Positions 54,275 to 64,000 are shown, counted from the first letter of the stretch. The stretch: 64,000 nucleotides of DNA from an uncultured Chloroflexia bacterium (GCA_963811305.1 CAWEQU010000005.1:11314-75313); one strand, 5' to 3'. The notes: a model not told the origin generated them from the letters alone. Made by a program: numbers and translations.

Positions 54275-55585
54275 GTGACCCACTTCCACAGTCACCCCCA
54301 TCAAGACCCTTTGGACGCAGCGCAGGATGGCGGTGCGATTCCGCCTCTCCACGCCTCGCAGCTTATGCTGTATGGCCTCGGCGGGCTGGCAGGCGGCCTC
54401 GTCTTCACATTGATGAACAACGCTCTGCCCCTCTTTTTGAAGGCGTATACGATGCCTTTCGGCTTCTCCCCTTTCTTCGAGGCAGGCGCGGCGGTCCCAG
54501 CGACTGTCGTGGCGCTGCTCGCTAACGAGCGCTCCCTGTTCGGCGGGCTGATACAGCCGCTCATAGGCTCCCTGAGCGACCGCACGCGCTCCCCTCTAGG
54601 GAAGCGCAGCCCGTATATACTCGCCGGGGGTGCGGGCACGGCCCTGTGCATCGCCGCACTCGCCCTCCAACCCCCATTCTGGCTGATGATAGCGGCTGTT
54701 ACCCTCGCGGGAATATTCCTCTTCGTGGCGCTTGGGCCGTATATAGCACTGCTGGCCGACATCATGCCTTACAGCCAGCGTGGGCGCGCCGGGGGGCTGA
54801 CTGCCCTCGCAGGAGTAGTGGGCGCACTTGCCGTCGGGGTCCTGGCTAACCAGATGTGGGACCGGCAGCGCTGGCTGGTATTCCTGCTGACCGCCGCGGG
54901 GGTGGCGATTTCGCTGGCGATAGTGGCCTTCAGCGTTAGAGAACCCCAGACGTCATTAGCAACGGAGAAGGTGGATACTAAGAAGGACCACCTGGCAGAT
55001 ACGGTGCGTGCAATTGTGAGCTTTCGCCCGCTCGCCTGGTACGTGGCGGCGATGGGGGTGTACTGGCTGGGAGCAGGGGCCGCTACCCCGTTTATCACAC
55101 GCTTTGGAACGGACGAGTTGGGCGCCTCGCAGGAGATGTCCTTCGCACTCCTGCTGCCATTGATCATAGCGACGGCCGTGGGGGCGGTGGCGTCAGGCTT
55201 CCTTGCCGACAAAGTTGGACACCGGAGGCTGCTGCGTCCAGGGCTGGCCTTATTCGCGGTCGGGGCTACGCTGAGCGTACTGGTGCGCGACATGGGCCAG
55301 GCGGTGCCGGTGATGGTGATGGTGGGCCTGGCGAACGGCGTGCTAACCGCGCTGCACATCCCCTTCCTCGCCGACCTGGTCCCCAAGAGGCACGCGGGGG
55401 AGTTCATGGGCTTCGCCAGCATGATATGGTCGGTAGCTCAGCCTGTGGGTGCGGTTCTGGCGGGCTTCCTTGCGGACTTTACCGGATCTTTTAGAGGCGT
55501 CTTCTTCCTCTCAGGAATATGTATGCTGGCCGCCACTCTCTTGCTCGGCAAAGTCCCCGAAAAGCCCAAAGTACTCGAAGAGTAA
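54275..55585 (+). CDS. MFS transporter
   Basis: 436 aa with a 12-TM profile and the loop motif GSLSDRTRSPLGKRSP (MFS D-R-x-G-R-K/R-like). Confidence 0.8.
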   Translation: MTHFHSHPHQDPLDAAQDGGAIPPLHASQLMLYGLGGLAGGLVFTLMNNALPLFLKAYTMPFGFSPFFEAGAAVPATVVALLANERSLFGGLIQPLIGSLSDRTRSPLGKRSPYILAGGAGTALCIAALALQPPFWLMIAAVTLAGIFLFVALGPYIALLADIMPYSQRGRAGGLTALAGVVGALAVGVLANQMWDRQRWLVFLLTAAGVAISLAIVAFSVREPQTSLATEKVDTKKDHLADTVRAIVSFRPLAWYVAAMGVYWLGAGAATPFITRFGTDELGASQEMSFALLLPLIIATAVGAVASGFLADKVGHRRLLRPGLALFAVGATLSVLVRDMGQAVPVMVMVGLANGVLTALHIPFLADLVPKRHAGEFMGFASMIWSVAQPVGAVLAGFLADFTGSFRGVFFLSGICMLAATLLLGKVPEKPKVLEE

Positions 55586-55796
55586 ACATTACTCATCCCG
55601 AATTTAAGATTTGCACCTACCTCATTCATAAACTCACTTCGAAACCCCCACCCCCGACCCCCTCCCCAATGGGGAGGAGAGTTTGAAAAAAGTACAAAAA
55701 TGGAGGTTTGGCTCAGCCAAACCTCCATTTTTGTACTTTTCAAGGAGTTGTTAGTGCGTCAGCACGCTCGCTGAAAATTCGGGATGACTGATGTTC
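55584..55796. mobile_element. MITE-like element, copy E3, filling the gap between convergent genes, with a perfect 26-bp-stem hairpin (55688-55740)
   Basis: Ends aaacattactcatcccgaattt and aaaattcgggatgactgatgttc are inverted repeats of each other and match the E1/E2 termini. The left end overlaps the MFS stop codon. Confidence 0.6.
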
Positions 55797-55803
55797 CTCA
55801 CCC

Positions 55804-56811
55804 TTAGTCTTCGTCGGACTCGGTATCTTCCTCGTCTGCCGCATCCTCTTCGGAGCCGTCATCTTCGCCTGGGATGATATAGCCATGCGCCTCTAGGACT
55901 TCTCTTAGCTCGACAAGCGACTTCTGGCCGAAGTTGCGGAGGTGGAGAAGGTCGTTGTCGCTCATCGCCAGCACCTGGGCAATCGTGGTGATGTTGGCGC
56001 GGCGCAGGGCGTTGGTCGTCCTCATGCTGAGGTTCAGCACCTCGATGGGGCGATTAGTGCCGTCGTCCTCAGGTGGTGCGGCTTCTTCCAGGGCAAGCTC
56101 GTCCACGTCGCGCCCGTAACGGGCGACGGCGGTCGCGTACTGGGTGAGTATCTGGGCCGCCTGGCTGAGAGCATCTTCCGGCTCGATAGTGCCGTCCGTC
56201 CAAATCTCCACCATCAGGCGGTCATAGTCGGTCATCATCCCGACGCGGGTATGCTCGACAACGTAATTGACCCTCGGCACAGGGGTATACATCGCATCAA
56301 CGGGTATCACGTCGGCGGGGAGGTCGGTGCGCGCTTCCGCAGCCCCGTAGCCGCGTCCCGTCTCGATAATCAGCTCCATCTCGAACGGAGTGCCGCCACC
56401 CGTCGCGTTGGCTATGTACGTATCAGGGTTCACGATCTCGACCCCTTCAGGTAGCTCAAGGTCGGCGGCTGTTATCTCCCCCGCATGCTTACCGTCCACT
56501 CTCAGAGTGGCGCGTAAATCGCCATTCGCAGCCGTTTCCTCGGACACGCGGCAGCGTATCTGCTTTACGTTCAGAACGAGGTCAATAAGACCCTCCTCGA
56601 TTCCGGGTATCTCCGTCGGGTCGTCCGGCATCTCGGCCAGCCTTATACCCGTAACGGCAGCGCCCACAATTGAAGATAGCAATATGCGCCTCAAGCTCGC
56701 GCCTATGGTCGTGCCCCAACCCTGCTGTAGAGGCTCGATCCGGTAGCGCCCATAATTGTCTTCCGCTATATCAGCAGTTATTTCCGGCAACCGTACATCA
56801 AACAAAACCAC
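55804..56811 (-). CDS. rpoA: DNA-directed RNA polymerase alpha subunit, with an acidic C-terminal tail
   Basis: YGRYRIEPLQQGWGTTIGASLRRILLSSIVGAAVTGIRL (NTD) and LNLSMRTTNALRRANITTIAQVL..LRNFGQKSLVELREVL (CTD HhH). The tail is GEDDGSEEDAADEEDTESDED. Confidence 0.9.
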   Translation of the reverse strand: MVLFDVRLPEITADIAEDNYGRYRIEPLQQGWGTTIGASLRRILLSSIVGAAVTGIRLAEMPDDPTEIPGIEEGLIDLVLNVKQIRCRVSEETAANGDLRATLRVDGKHAGEITAADLELPEGVEIVNPDTYIANATGGGTPFEMELIIETGRGYGAAEARTDLPADVIPVDAMYTPVPRVNYVVEHTRVGMMTDYDRLMVEIWTDGTIEPEDALSQAAQILTQYATAVARYGRDVDELALEEAAPPEDDGTNRPIEVLNLSMRTTNALRRANITTIAQVLAMSDNDLLHLRNFGQKSLVELREVLEAHGYIIPGEDDGSEEDAADEEDTESDED

Positions 56812-57036
56812 ACCCCCAAAGTGCTTAGAGAAAAATCGACTTTATACTATATCACAACGAAGGGCTAACCTGCAACTTCGGTTTGGCGTGGGGAGACAAA
56901 AAAGGCCCGCCTGATACTTCAAACGGATTTTTCACAACGCCACTTCTGGAGATTAGGCTCAAGCATATGCTACAATGTGACAGATTTGATCTCAGCGATC
57001 TCTTCTCGTTGCGATCAGAAGGAAATGAGACATCCT

Positions 57037-57987
57037 ATGAAGATCATCATCGCGGGAGGCACCGGTCAGGTAGGCACTATACTCAGCCGTGCCTTGCTGG
57101 AACGCGGGGACGATGTCGTGGTCCTTAGCCGAAGTGGCACCAGCACGGCGCGGGTCGTTCCTTGGGATGGCCAGACCCTTGGCGACTGGGTCCACGAGAT
57201 TGACGGAGCCGACGTCGTCATCAACCTGGCTGGGCGGAGTGTGAATTGCAGGTATACGGCGGCCAATCTGAAGGAGATGATGAACTCGCGCCGAGACTCG
57301 ACCCGCGCCGTGGGGCGCGCTATTGCCGCCGTTGACCGCCCGCCGATGGTGTGGCTTCAAATGAGTACGGCAACGATCTATGCCCACCGCTTCGATGCGC
57401 CCAATGACGAAGCAACCGGCACGATTGGTGGAAGCGAAGCAGATGTCCCGGCATATTGGCGGTACAGTGTCGAGATCGCTAAAGAGTGGGAGCGCGCTCA
57501 ACAAGATGCCCCCACTCCAAAGACGCGGCAGGTAGCATTGCGTAGCGCGATTATCCTGAGTCCCGACCGAGATGGAATTTTTGATGTGCTGCTAGGTCTA
57601 ACCCGCTTGCGCCTCGGAGGCACCATCGCAGGTGGCCGCCAGTATGTGTCCTGGATCCACGACCGGGACTTCGTGCGCGCCGTGGAATTCCTGATAGCAA
57701 GAGACGACCTTACCGGTGCGGTCAATCTCTGCGCACCGTGCCCCTTGCCCCAGCGCGATTTTATGGCGGCGTTACGGGCGGCCTGGGGCACCAGGGTGGG
57801 CCTGCCGGCAACGGCCTGGATGGCCGGGATCGGCGCGTTCGTGCGGGGCACTGATAGGGAGCTCGTGCTCAAGAGCCGCCGCGTGGTCCCTGCGCGCCTC
57901 CTGGAGGCAGGATTCTCCTTTGACTACCCGGAGTGGCCCGAGGCAGCGCGGGACCTAGTGACCCGCTGGCGAGCGGCGCGCAGTTAG
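57037..57987 (+). CDS. NAD-dependent epimerase-fold protein of the YfcH/TIGR01777 type (C-terminal DUF1731)
   Basis: MKIIIAGGTGQVGTIL Rossmann start and the C-terminal LKSRRVVPARLLEAGFSFDYPEWPEA. Confidence 0.8.
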   Translation: MKIIIAGGTGQVGTILSRALLERGDDVVVLSRSGTSTARVVPWDGQTLGDWVHEIDGADVVINLAGRSVNCRYTAANLKEMMNSRRDSTRAVGRAIAAVDRPPMVWLQMSTATIYAHRFDAPNDEATGTIGGSEADVPAYWRYSVEIAKEWERAQQDAPTPKTRQVALRSAIILSPDRDGIFDVLLGLTRLRLGGTIAGGRQYVSWIHDRDFVRAVEFLIARDDLTGAVNLCAPCPLPQRDFMAALRAAWGTRVGLPATAWMAGIGAFVRGTDRELVLKSRRVVPARLLEAGFSFDYPEWPEAARDLVTRWRAARS

Positions 57988-58045
57988 GGCTGATGCATAA
58001 TTGGTTTCGTAGAAGTCACCTCATAAATAGAGAAGAATAGCGCCT

Positions 58046-58942
58046 CTATGAATCCCCAGGCGCGAACGTACCATTGAACTCTACCTTCTCTATAAACCAT
58101 TTCCCGCCTTGCTTGACCAATTGATAGGTCTCGGCGTAAGTAACCCCCTTTTTTTGGTCTACTATAGACTTATCAGCCTTCCTGTAGGTGGTCACGGACC
58201 AGACCTCGGATGTTTGCACTGAGGCGGTAGTCTCATCAGACTTAACCGCCACAATGGTGAGCTTGTGGAGTATGGGGTCCTTGGCCTCATTACCGGTCCG
58301 CATCTGTTCAACCTCAAGAATGTTAAGCTCAAGATCACGTCCGGTGCGGGAACCCTTCAGCACCTCGGTATCGAGGTCGCGCCAGGCTTTGATCTGCTCC
58401 TCGCTGCTGTGGCAAACGGTGAATACGATCTCTTCCTCAGCGGTAGCGCCATTGGGAAGCTTACAGGGCAAGGCTACTTGATGGGGAAATACGAGGGCGG
58501 CGCGCCCGGAGGGGCGATTGGCAAGCAATAGATAGACGGTCGCGCCCACCAGCAGCACCAGTATCGCAGCCGCTATGCCAATAGTAGGTGTGAGCCAGGA
58601 GTTACCCGGTTTCTGCTTTTCCAGTTGGACGGTTGCATCGCTCGTGTAGGGGACATATGTTGCCTGCCCTGCGCGCTCTCCAGCGTTGGGCGGAAGCTCA
58701 GCACGTACGGAGGTAGTCATAGGGCGACCTGGCGCGCTTACCGGACCGGGGCGAGGCGCGTCCACACCTGCACCCTCAGGCATCACAGCAGGTGCGCTGC
58801 CCGTAGCATGGGGAGTGGGAGCTGGCTGCGTGGCTTCTGAGGCAGTAGGCTTTACGCTCTCAATGACCTGCGCTCCACAATTCGAGCAGTAACGATGGCC
58901 CGCAGCATTAGGAGTGCCGCAACGCGGACAGTTCTGAACCAT
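58046..58942 (-). CDS. Zinc-ribbon membrane protein, unknown function
   Basis: N-terminal CPRCGTPNAAGHRYCSNCG, a Pro-rich linker, one TM (TPTIGIAAAILVLLVGATVYLLL), and an extracytoplasmic ~140-aa domain. Confidence 0.5.
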   Translation of the reverse strand: MVQNCPRCGTPNAAGHRYCSNCGAQVIESVKPTASEATQPAPTPHATGSAPAVMPEGAGVDAPRPGPVSAPGRPMTTSVRAELPPNAGERAGQATYVPYTSDATVQLEKQKPGNSWLTPTIGIAAAILVLLVGATVYLLLANRPSGRAALVFPHQVALPCKLPNGATAEEEIVFTVCHSSEEQIKAWRDLDTEVLKGSRTGRDLELNILEVEQMRTGNEAKDPILHKLTIVAVKSDETTASVQTSEVWSVTTYRKADKSIVDQKKGVTYAETYQLVKQGGKWFIEKVEFNGTFAPGDS

Positions 58943-59117
58943 AGAGTAATCCCGTCGCCGGTAGCTGGTGGTTTGTTATCGATAATAGGTAAAGGCCCAA
59001 TATTCACCGTAGGCCCGCACCTTAAGGAGTATACGGCAGGCACCAAGACCAGTCAAGGAAAGGGCTTCTGTATAGGTAGGGGCGTGCCGACGGCACGCCC
59101 CTAAGAGCAGGCCGCTT

Positions 59118-59915
59118 CTAATAGTGCCCGAAGAGCATCATACTGAGCGACGGGAGTTTGAGGGCTTCGGCAAAGGGGCCTGGATAGACGAGGAAGAGTA
59201 TAGCCGCCGCGCACAGAGCGACCCCATATGGCATGAAGTCCCCTATCTTGCTGCGGCGTGAGAGGAGCATGATGAGCGCGGCAGCCCCCGCCAGTAAGGG
59301 CCCAATGAGTAGCGCGCCGACGACGTTAGGGAAGCCGAGCATCAGACCCATCATCAACGCCAGGAAGACGTCGCCCGCGCCAAGAGGCTCTTCTATGCGC
59401 GGGAAGATCAGCTTCGCAAGTAGATACGCGAGCAGGAAGAATCCCCCTGCAACTGCCGCCCCAATCAACGCGCTCACGATACCCACTTCGGGCAATAGCG
59501 CACTCCCGGCGAGAGCCACGACCACGCCTAGAGCGATGATGGAGAGGTAGATGTCACGGTGCTTCCAGTCGATCACCAGCACCAGCACGAGCACGGCCAC
59601 ATACAGTGCATGGAAGAGGAGACGCACTCCCCAACCCTCCAGCAAGAAGAGAGCAGCAAATAAAAACCCCATCAGTAATTCCACGAGTGGATATGATATG
59701 GAGAGCCTCTTGTCGCAAGTAGAGCAGCGCCCACCCTGGAGAGCATACCCCACGATGGGAAGCGCCTGTGCCAAACTAAGGGAGTGATCCGAGCGCGTGC
59801 AACCCAACGCGGCAAGCAACGGCTTGTTAGCCGAAAGGCGCGTGGAGACTACGTTTATCGCAAACCCTACGATGAAACCGATGAGTAAGGCAACTAGCGC
59901 GCCTATGACCTCCAA
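59118..59915 (-). CDS. pilD: A24-family prepilin peptidase
   Basis: GRCSTCDKRLSISYPLVELLMG, IDWKHRDI (first catalytic Asp region), and LGAGDVFLALMMGLMLG (second Asp). Confidence 0.8.
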   Translation of the reverse strand: MEVIGALVALLIGFIVGFAINVVSTRLSANKPLLAALGCTRSDHSLSLAQALPIVGYALQGGRCSTCDKRLSISYPLVELLMGFLFAALFLLEGWGVRLLFHALYVAVLVLVLVIDWKHRDIYLSIIALGVVVALAGSALLPEVGIVSALIGAAVAGGFFLLAYLLAKLIFPRIEEPLGAGDVFLALMMGLMLGFPNVVGALLIGPLLAGAAALIMLLSRRSKIGDFMPYGVALCAAAILFLVYPGPFAEALKLPSLSMMLFGHY

Positions 59916-59940
59916 ATAGCTCCCTCCTGTGGAATTGCGG

Positions 59941-59973
59941 ACTTCTAATTTCTAACTTCTAACTTCTAATTTC
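59941..59973. repeat. Heptamer array (CTTCTAA x4)
   Basis: acttctaatttctaacttctaacttctaatttc just upstream of pilD. Confidence 0.7.
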
Positions 59974-60070
59974 GGGTGATTATCGCCCATTAGAACTATA
60001 AGTCATAGACTGGTGCAGGGCAATGGGACGATTATCGCGGTTCCGGGTGGACGAAAGTCACCCTGTAGCT

Positions 60071-61732
60071 TCATTGCTCCTCATACAAGTCCCAGCGCAA
60101 CTCGTAGATGGCGATCACGGAGTCGCCAACTATCTTGTTGTCCGGGATGACGAAGCGCACCCTCTCGACGGCCCATCGAGGTATACCTTCGCGGCCAAAC
60201 CACTGGGGATAGAAGAGTAAATAGTCTGCGTCCGCATCCTTCAGCGCACGCCACGCCAGGGACCAGTTGCCATATGTGCCGAGGGTTGCGGAGGTTGTGA
60301 GTCCCACCAGGTCAATTGTGCGGCGATCCGAGAAGAGCTTGACCGCGCCTATTGGCTCAGACGCCACGAGGCTGTCAGGTGTTGTATAGTTTGCCAGCCA
60401 AAGAGCAGGACGCACGTGCCCATCAGCGATGTTGCGCACCTGCACGGCATAATTGCGGGTAGCCCACCAATAGTTCGCACCAACGCTTGCGAGCAGCACT
60501 ATGACAGCAAAGCCAGGCAGAACCCATTTCCTGGAGAGCAGCACATCAAAGCTGAGGCGCTGTAGGAAGAACCATAAAAGTAAGCCAATCAGCACAATTA
60601 CAACAGGGTGAACGGGAAGCAAGTAGCGGTCTTCCTGCCCGAACCAGGGGAGGCTTGCCATTATCGCTACAATAAAGAGTACAGAGGTCAGAAGCAGGAG
60701 CAAGGCAGACCAGCGTGCTATATGCCTTTCATTTTTAAAATGGCTTTCTCGCGCAGGAGCACCTATCCAGGCAGACACGCTTCCCAAAAGAGCGAGCGTG
60801 GCGGCGACAAACGGCAGGTAACGCCCCGCAATAACCAGCTCCTCCGCAGCCGATAAGAAGCGACTTCCAAGCCGCAGCCCTCCCACCTTCGCATAGAATG
60901 AGCTTGGCAGCGGCTTGCCCCACCCTATAAAGTAGACGGCGAACAAGGCCAGCACACCAGCTAACATCGCGCCTAAGTATATGCCTGCGTTGGCGAGTGC
61001 TTGCCGCCTATCTTCCCGTGACGTAAAAAATAGCGCCCTCAGAAGCAGCCACACCAGCCCCGCCACTCCCACGACGAGCAATTCAGGTCGCGCCCAGGGT
61101 AGGAGAGCCACCAACAGCAAACTCCACCGCAAACGCCCTTCATGCGCTTCGGCAAGCAGCAAGCAAAGAGACCACGCCACAAATGCTGAAGATAACGCGA
61201 CCTCAAGCCCTGACATCGCGCCCCATACCAGGCCCAGGTCTGCGCCAGCAATGGCACCGAGCAGCCAGCAGAAGGCGTCTCGCGTGCGCGGGTTGGTATC
61301 CGAACGTGGTAGTGCCAGGGCAGCAAGGCGGCGCACGCCCATGGCTGTCACGGCCAGGCACAGCACGCCTGGGATGTAGGCGGCAAGATAGAGATGCCCT
61401 GCTTGCATTGCCAGGGACGAACCAGACTGCAAATTAAGGGGCGCTAACCCTCCCATCCACGCATGGAATGGAGCGATTAGGGTGTAAGAGATAATGCAAA
61501 GGAGATACCAGGCGAGTCCGGTTATGCCCCCACTCGTCTCCCCCAGGTTGTAGGTAAAAACGTGCCCCTGCGACGCTGCCAGCACGTAATTGCTGTAGAT
61601 ATAGCCGTCGTCAATGGGGAAAGCAAGGGAGCCGCTATGCCGCAAAGATGCGGCTCCCACTCCGAGGGAACATAGCACTGCCAGCGCGACCAGGAGCCAT
61701 CCTGGACGGTCCAAGATACGGGCGCGACTCAT
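60071..61732 (-). CDS. Polytopic membrane protein with a C-terminal soluble domain (possible GT-C-like), unknown function
   Basis: 553 aa with more than 12 hydrophobic helices. No family motif recognised. Confidence 0.55.
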   Translation of the reverse strand: MSRARILDRPGWLLVALAVLCSLGVGAASLRHSGSLAFPIDDGYIYSNYVLAASQGHVFTYNLGETSGGITGLAWYLLCIISYTLIAPFHAWMGGLAPLNLQSGSSLAMQAGHLYLAAYIPGVLCLAVTAMGVRRLAALALPRSDTNPRTRDAFCWLLGAIAGADLGLVWGAMSGLEVALSSAFVAWSLCLLLAEAHEGRLRWSLLLVALLPWARPELLVVGVAGLVWLLLRALFFTSREDRRQALANAGIYLGAMLAGVLALFAVYFIGWGKPLPSSFYAKVGGLRLGSRFLSAAEELVIAGRYLPFVAATLALLGSVSAWIGAPARESHFKNERHIARWSALLLLLTSVLFIVAIMASLPWFGQEDRYLLPVHPVVIVLIGLLLWFFLQRLSFDVLLSRKWVLPGFAVIVLLASVGANYWWATRNYAVQVRNIADGHVRPALWLANYTTPDSLVASEPIGAVKLFSDRRTIDLVGLTTSATLGTYGNWSLAWRALKDADADYLLFYPQWFGREGIPRWAVERVRFVIPDNKIVGDSVIAIYELRWDLYEEQ

Positions 61733-61750
61733 AGTAAGCTGCCCGTAACT

Positions 61751-61899
61751 CCGCCCGGCAGATAAATCTGCGGGCTACATATACGAAGCCCGCCTGCGCG
61801 GGCTGACGCGCTAAAACGTGATAGGCCGCAACGATAAGTACGGGCTAGCCCGCGCAGGCGGGCTTTGTAACTTGTAGCCCGCAGATTTATCTGCCGGGC
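61751..61899. repeat. 149-nt nested palindrome (28-bp perfect outer arms, 19-bp inner arms)
   Basis: Outer arms cgcccggcagataaatctgcgggctaca (61751-78) / tgtagcccgcagatttatctgccgggcg (61872-99). Inner arms aagcccgcctgcgcgggct (61785-803) / agcccgcgcaggcgggctt (61846-64). Confidence 0.8.
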
Positions 61900-61997
61900 G
61901 AGGCTAAGACGCAGCACTAGAGCGAAACCACATACTGCATTTGCAGGGCATGGCGACGCCATGCCCCTACAATCTACACATCTTACTGTTCAGCACG

Positions 61998-63202
61998 CTA
62001 CTTGACCCCAATCTCAGCAGCTATGGCGGGGAGCTTGAGGTTGGCTTTCTCGATACGCTCCATTGCCTTGCGCAGGTTCTCCTCGGAGTTTGCGAAGGAG
62101 ATGCGAATGTAGCCCTCGCCGTACTCTCCGAAGGATGTGCCTGGGAGCACCGCCACGTCTGCATCGTTGAGCAGGTAATCGGCGTATTCGCGTGAAGTCA
62201 TCCCCGTGTCGGTTATGTTGGGGAAGGCGTAGAACGCTCCCTCCGGCCTGTTGCAGCGCAACCCGTCAATCTTGTTCAGCCCCTCGTACACAAGGTCGCG
62301 GCGGCTGGCGAACGCCTCCAGCATCTTGTCCACCTCACCACGCGGCCCTTCCAGCGCCTCAATCGCAGCCCTCTGGCTGAAGGTGGATGTGCAGGATACG
62401 CTATTGATGATCAGGCGGCTGACATGCGGTATCATCTCTCCTGGGAAGATACCATAGCCCATTCGCCAGCCCGTCATGGCGAAGGTCTTGGAGAAACCGT
62501 CGAGGAGGATAGTGCGCTCCATCATGCCTGGGAAGCTCATAATGGTGTGGTGCTCCACCCCGTCATAGAGGATTTCGCTGTATATCTCGTCCGCCAGCAC
62601 CATGATGTTATGCTCGACCGCGATGTCGAGCCACTGCTTCCAGGTCGCTCCTGGAAAGGGCGCTGCCGGTCGGGTTATTAGGCGAGTTGATAATGATGAG
62701 GCGGGTCTTGGAGGAAATCTTGCTCTCCAACTCCTTGATGTTGACGTGGAAGTTGCGTATCTCGCTCAGTTGTAATGGAACCGCCACGCCCCCCAGGAAG
62801 TTGATCATCGACTTGTAAATGGGGAAGCCAGGATTGGGGTAAATTACCTCGTCCCCAGGCTCGATCAGCGCCATGATAGTGTAGAACATGATCGGCTTGG
62901 CGCCCGGCGTGACCACCACGTTGGCGGGGTCGAAGTGCAGCCCACGATTCTTGCCCGCATAGCGGGCGATGGCCTCTCTCAACTCTGGTATGCCGGTCGA
63001 GCCGCTGTAATGGGTATAGCCCTGCTCAAGCGCCTCGGCAGCCGCCTGCCGGACGTGCTTGGGTGTATCAAAGTCCGGCTCCCCTATCTCCAGATGGATG
63101 ATCAGGCTTACCCTGGGCCTCCAACGCCCTGGCGCGCGCCGCGACCTCAAATGCAGTCTCCGTACCGAGCCGGTACATCCTTTCAGCGAGCCTCAACTTC
63201 AT
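61998..63202 (-). pseudogene. Class I/II PLP-dependent (aspartate-type) aminotransferase, split by two frameshifts (~63105, ~62630) or sequencing errors
   Basis: Three consecutive ORFs read MKLRLAERMYRLGTETAFEVAARARALEAQGK | IIHLEIGEPDFDTPKHV..INSPNNPTGSALSRSDLEAVA | DIAVEHNIMVLADEIYSEILYDG..LDGFSKTFAMTGWRMGY. The PLP-Lys motif SKTF is intact. Confidence 0.8.
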
Positions 63203-63217
63203 CGTTGACCCCCTTTT

Positions 63218-63292
63218 GGAATTTTGAGTTTTGAATTCTAAATTTTGAATTATGGGGATCAATTCAAAATTTAGAATTCATAATTTAGAATT
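63218..63292. repeat. AT-rich heptamer hairpin (GAATTTT/GAGTTTT/GAATTCT units and their complements)
   Basis: ggaattttgagttttgaattctaaattttgaatt atggggatc aattcaaaatttagaattcataatttagaatt. The right arm overlaps the TAA of the M42 peptidase gene. Confidence 0.8.
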
Positions 63293-64000
63293 AGGGCTTC
63301 AGCCCTGCCACCGTCTCTGCATCTAGCCTCTTGATGACGGCTACCAGCAGGCGGGCGGCGTTGTTGAAGTCGTCCAGGTTGACCATCGAAGCGGCGGAGT
63401 GGATATAGCGAGCGGGGATGCCTATATTGATTGTGGGCACGCCGTCGCTCGCTAACTGGAACCTGCCCCCGTCCGTGCCGCCCGCAGCCACGCTATCGTA
63501 CTGGAAGGGGATGCCCTCCTGCTCGGCGATTTCTACGAAGAGGTTGCGGAGCTTGAGATTGGGGATGAGAGAGCCGTCATAAATCAGGAGCACCGGACCC
63601 TTGCCAAGCTTACCCTGCGCCTCGTGAGCCTTGACGCCGGGAGTGTCCCCAGCGATGCCAACGTCGATGGAGATTGCAACATCGGGGTCTACCATGTGTC
63701 CCAGTGTTGCCGCGCCTCGCAGACCTACCTCTTCCTGGACGGTCGCTCCCGCGTAAATAGTATTGGGGTGGTCATCACCCGCACTCTTGAGGGCGGCCAC
63801 CGCCAGCGCGCACCCGAAGCGGTTATCCCACGCTTTGGCGAGCAGCATCTTGCTATTCGCCATGACGGTGAAGGGGCAGATTGGGATTATCGGGTCGCCA
63901 GGACGCACTCCCGCGTCAATTGCCTCCTGCTTGCTCATCACACCTATATCTACAAACATATTCTTCTTTTCAACCATCTTCTTGCGCTCGTCGGCGGTAA
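63291..64000 (-). CDS. M42-family glutamyl aminopeptidase (FrvX/endoglucanase-like), 5' end beyond the window
   Basis: FVDIGVMSKQEA..GVRPGD, AKAWDNRFGCA, VQEEVGLRGA, AAGGTDGG, RYIHSAASM. The frame stays open upstream of the track's Met to nt 64000 (..TADERKKMVEKK). Confidence 0.8.
   Translation of the reverse strand, partial: TADERKKMVEKKNMFVDIGVMSKQEAIDAGVRPGDPIIPICPFTVMANSKMLLAKAWDNRFGCALAVAALKSAGDDHPNTIYAGATVQEEVGLRGAATLGHMVDPDVAISIDVGIAGDTPGVKAHEAQGKLGKGPVLLIYDGSLIPNLKLRNLFVEIAEQEGIPFQYDSVAAGGTDGGRFQLASDGVPTINIGIPARYIHSAASMVNLDDFNNAARLLVAVIKRLDAETVAGLKP

Noticed and set aside
56960-56976. TGCTACAAT as an extended -10 promoter for the epimerase gene
   Set aside because: It is plausible, but I could not pair it with a convincing -35 or spacing and there is no other support, so I did not list it as a feature.

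Overview
64-kb chromosomal segment, about 60% G+C by eye, from a Terrabacteria-type bacterium. SLH-anchored surface proteins, a fused MFS/spermidine synthase and an ECF sigma pair give it a Chloroflexota-like flavour, but the taxon cannot be fixed from this window. I support about 50 protein genes and found no rRNA, tRNA or CRISPR. Gene content in order: a BMP-family nucleoside-type ABC importer (2.2-8.1 kb); an ECF sigma/anti-sigma pair; housekeeping genes (cca, yggS, pgeF, ROK kinase, gamma-CA, spermidine-synthase fusion); a low-GC islet with a DarT-like (DUF4433) ADP-ribosyltransferase and a non-macrodomain, NADAR-like partner (22.6-24.1 kb); directly beside it an exonuclease(YprB/MrfB-like)-XPB helicase-Bax1/DUF790 nuclease operon (24.3-29.0 kb); three very large surface proteins with a shared C-terminal triple-SLH module (29.3-39.1 kb); a copper cluster (csoR-DUF4396-copA-DUF305); an envelope-glycan cluster (flippase-like protein, 2x GT4, CsaB-like pyruvyl transferase, GT2, large membrane proteins, MFS); a stand-alone rpoA; prepilin peptidase; an aminotransferase; and a partial M42 peptidase. 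Three sequence-level features stand out. (1) At least 16 gene boundaries carry arrays of tandem 7-nt repeats arranged as inverted arms (long hairpins), often flush with stop/start codons and once in-frame inside a gene. (2) There are several families of MITE-like or palindromic elements with the related terminal motif CAT(C/T)CCGAA and compensatory stem changes. (3) At least 10 single-nucleotide frameshifts interrupt 8 otherwise intact genes, so either the assembly has an indel problem or these are very recent pseudogenes. All coordinates and motifs were read by hand from the sequence and ORF track. Family assignments rest on remembered motifs, not searches.
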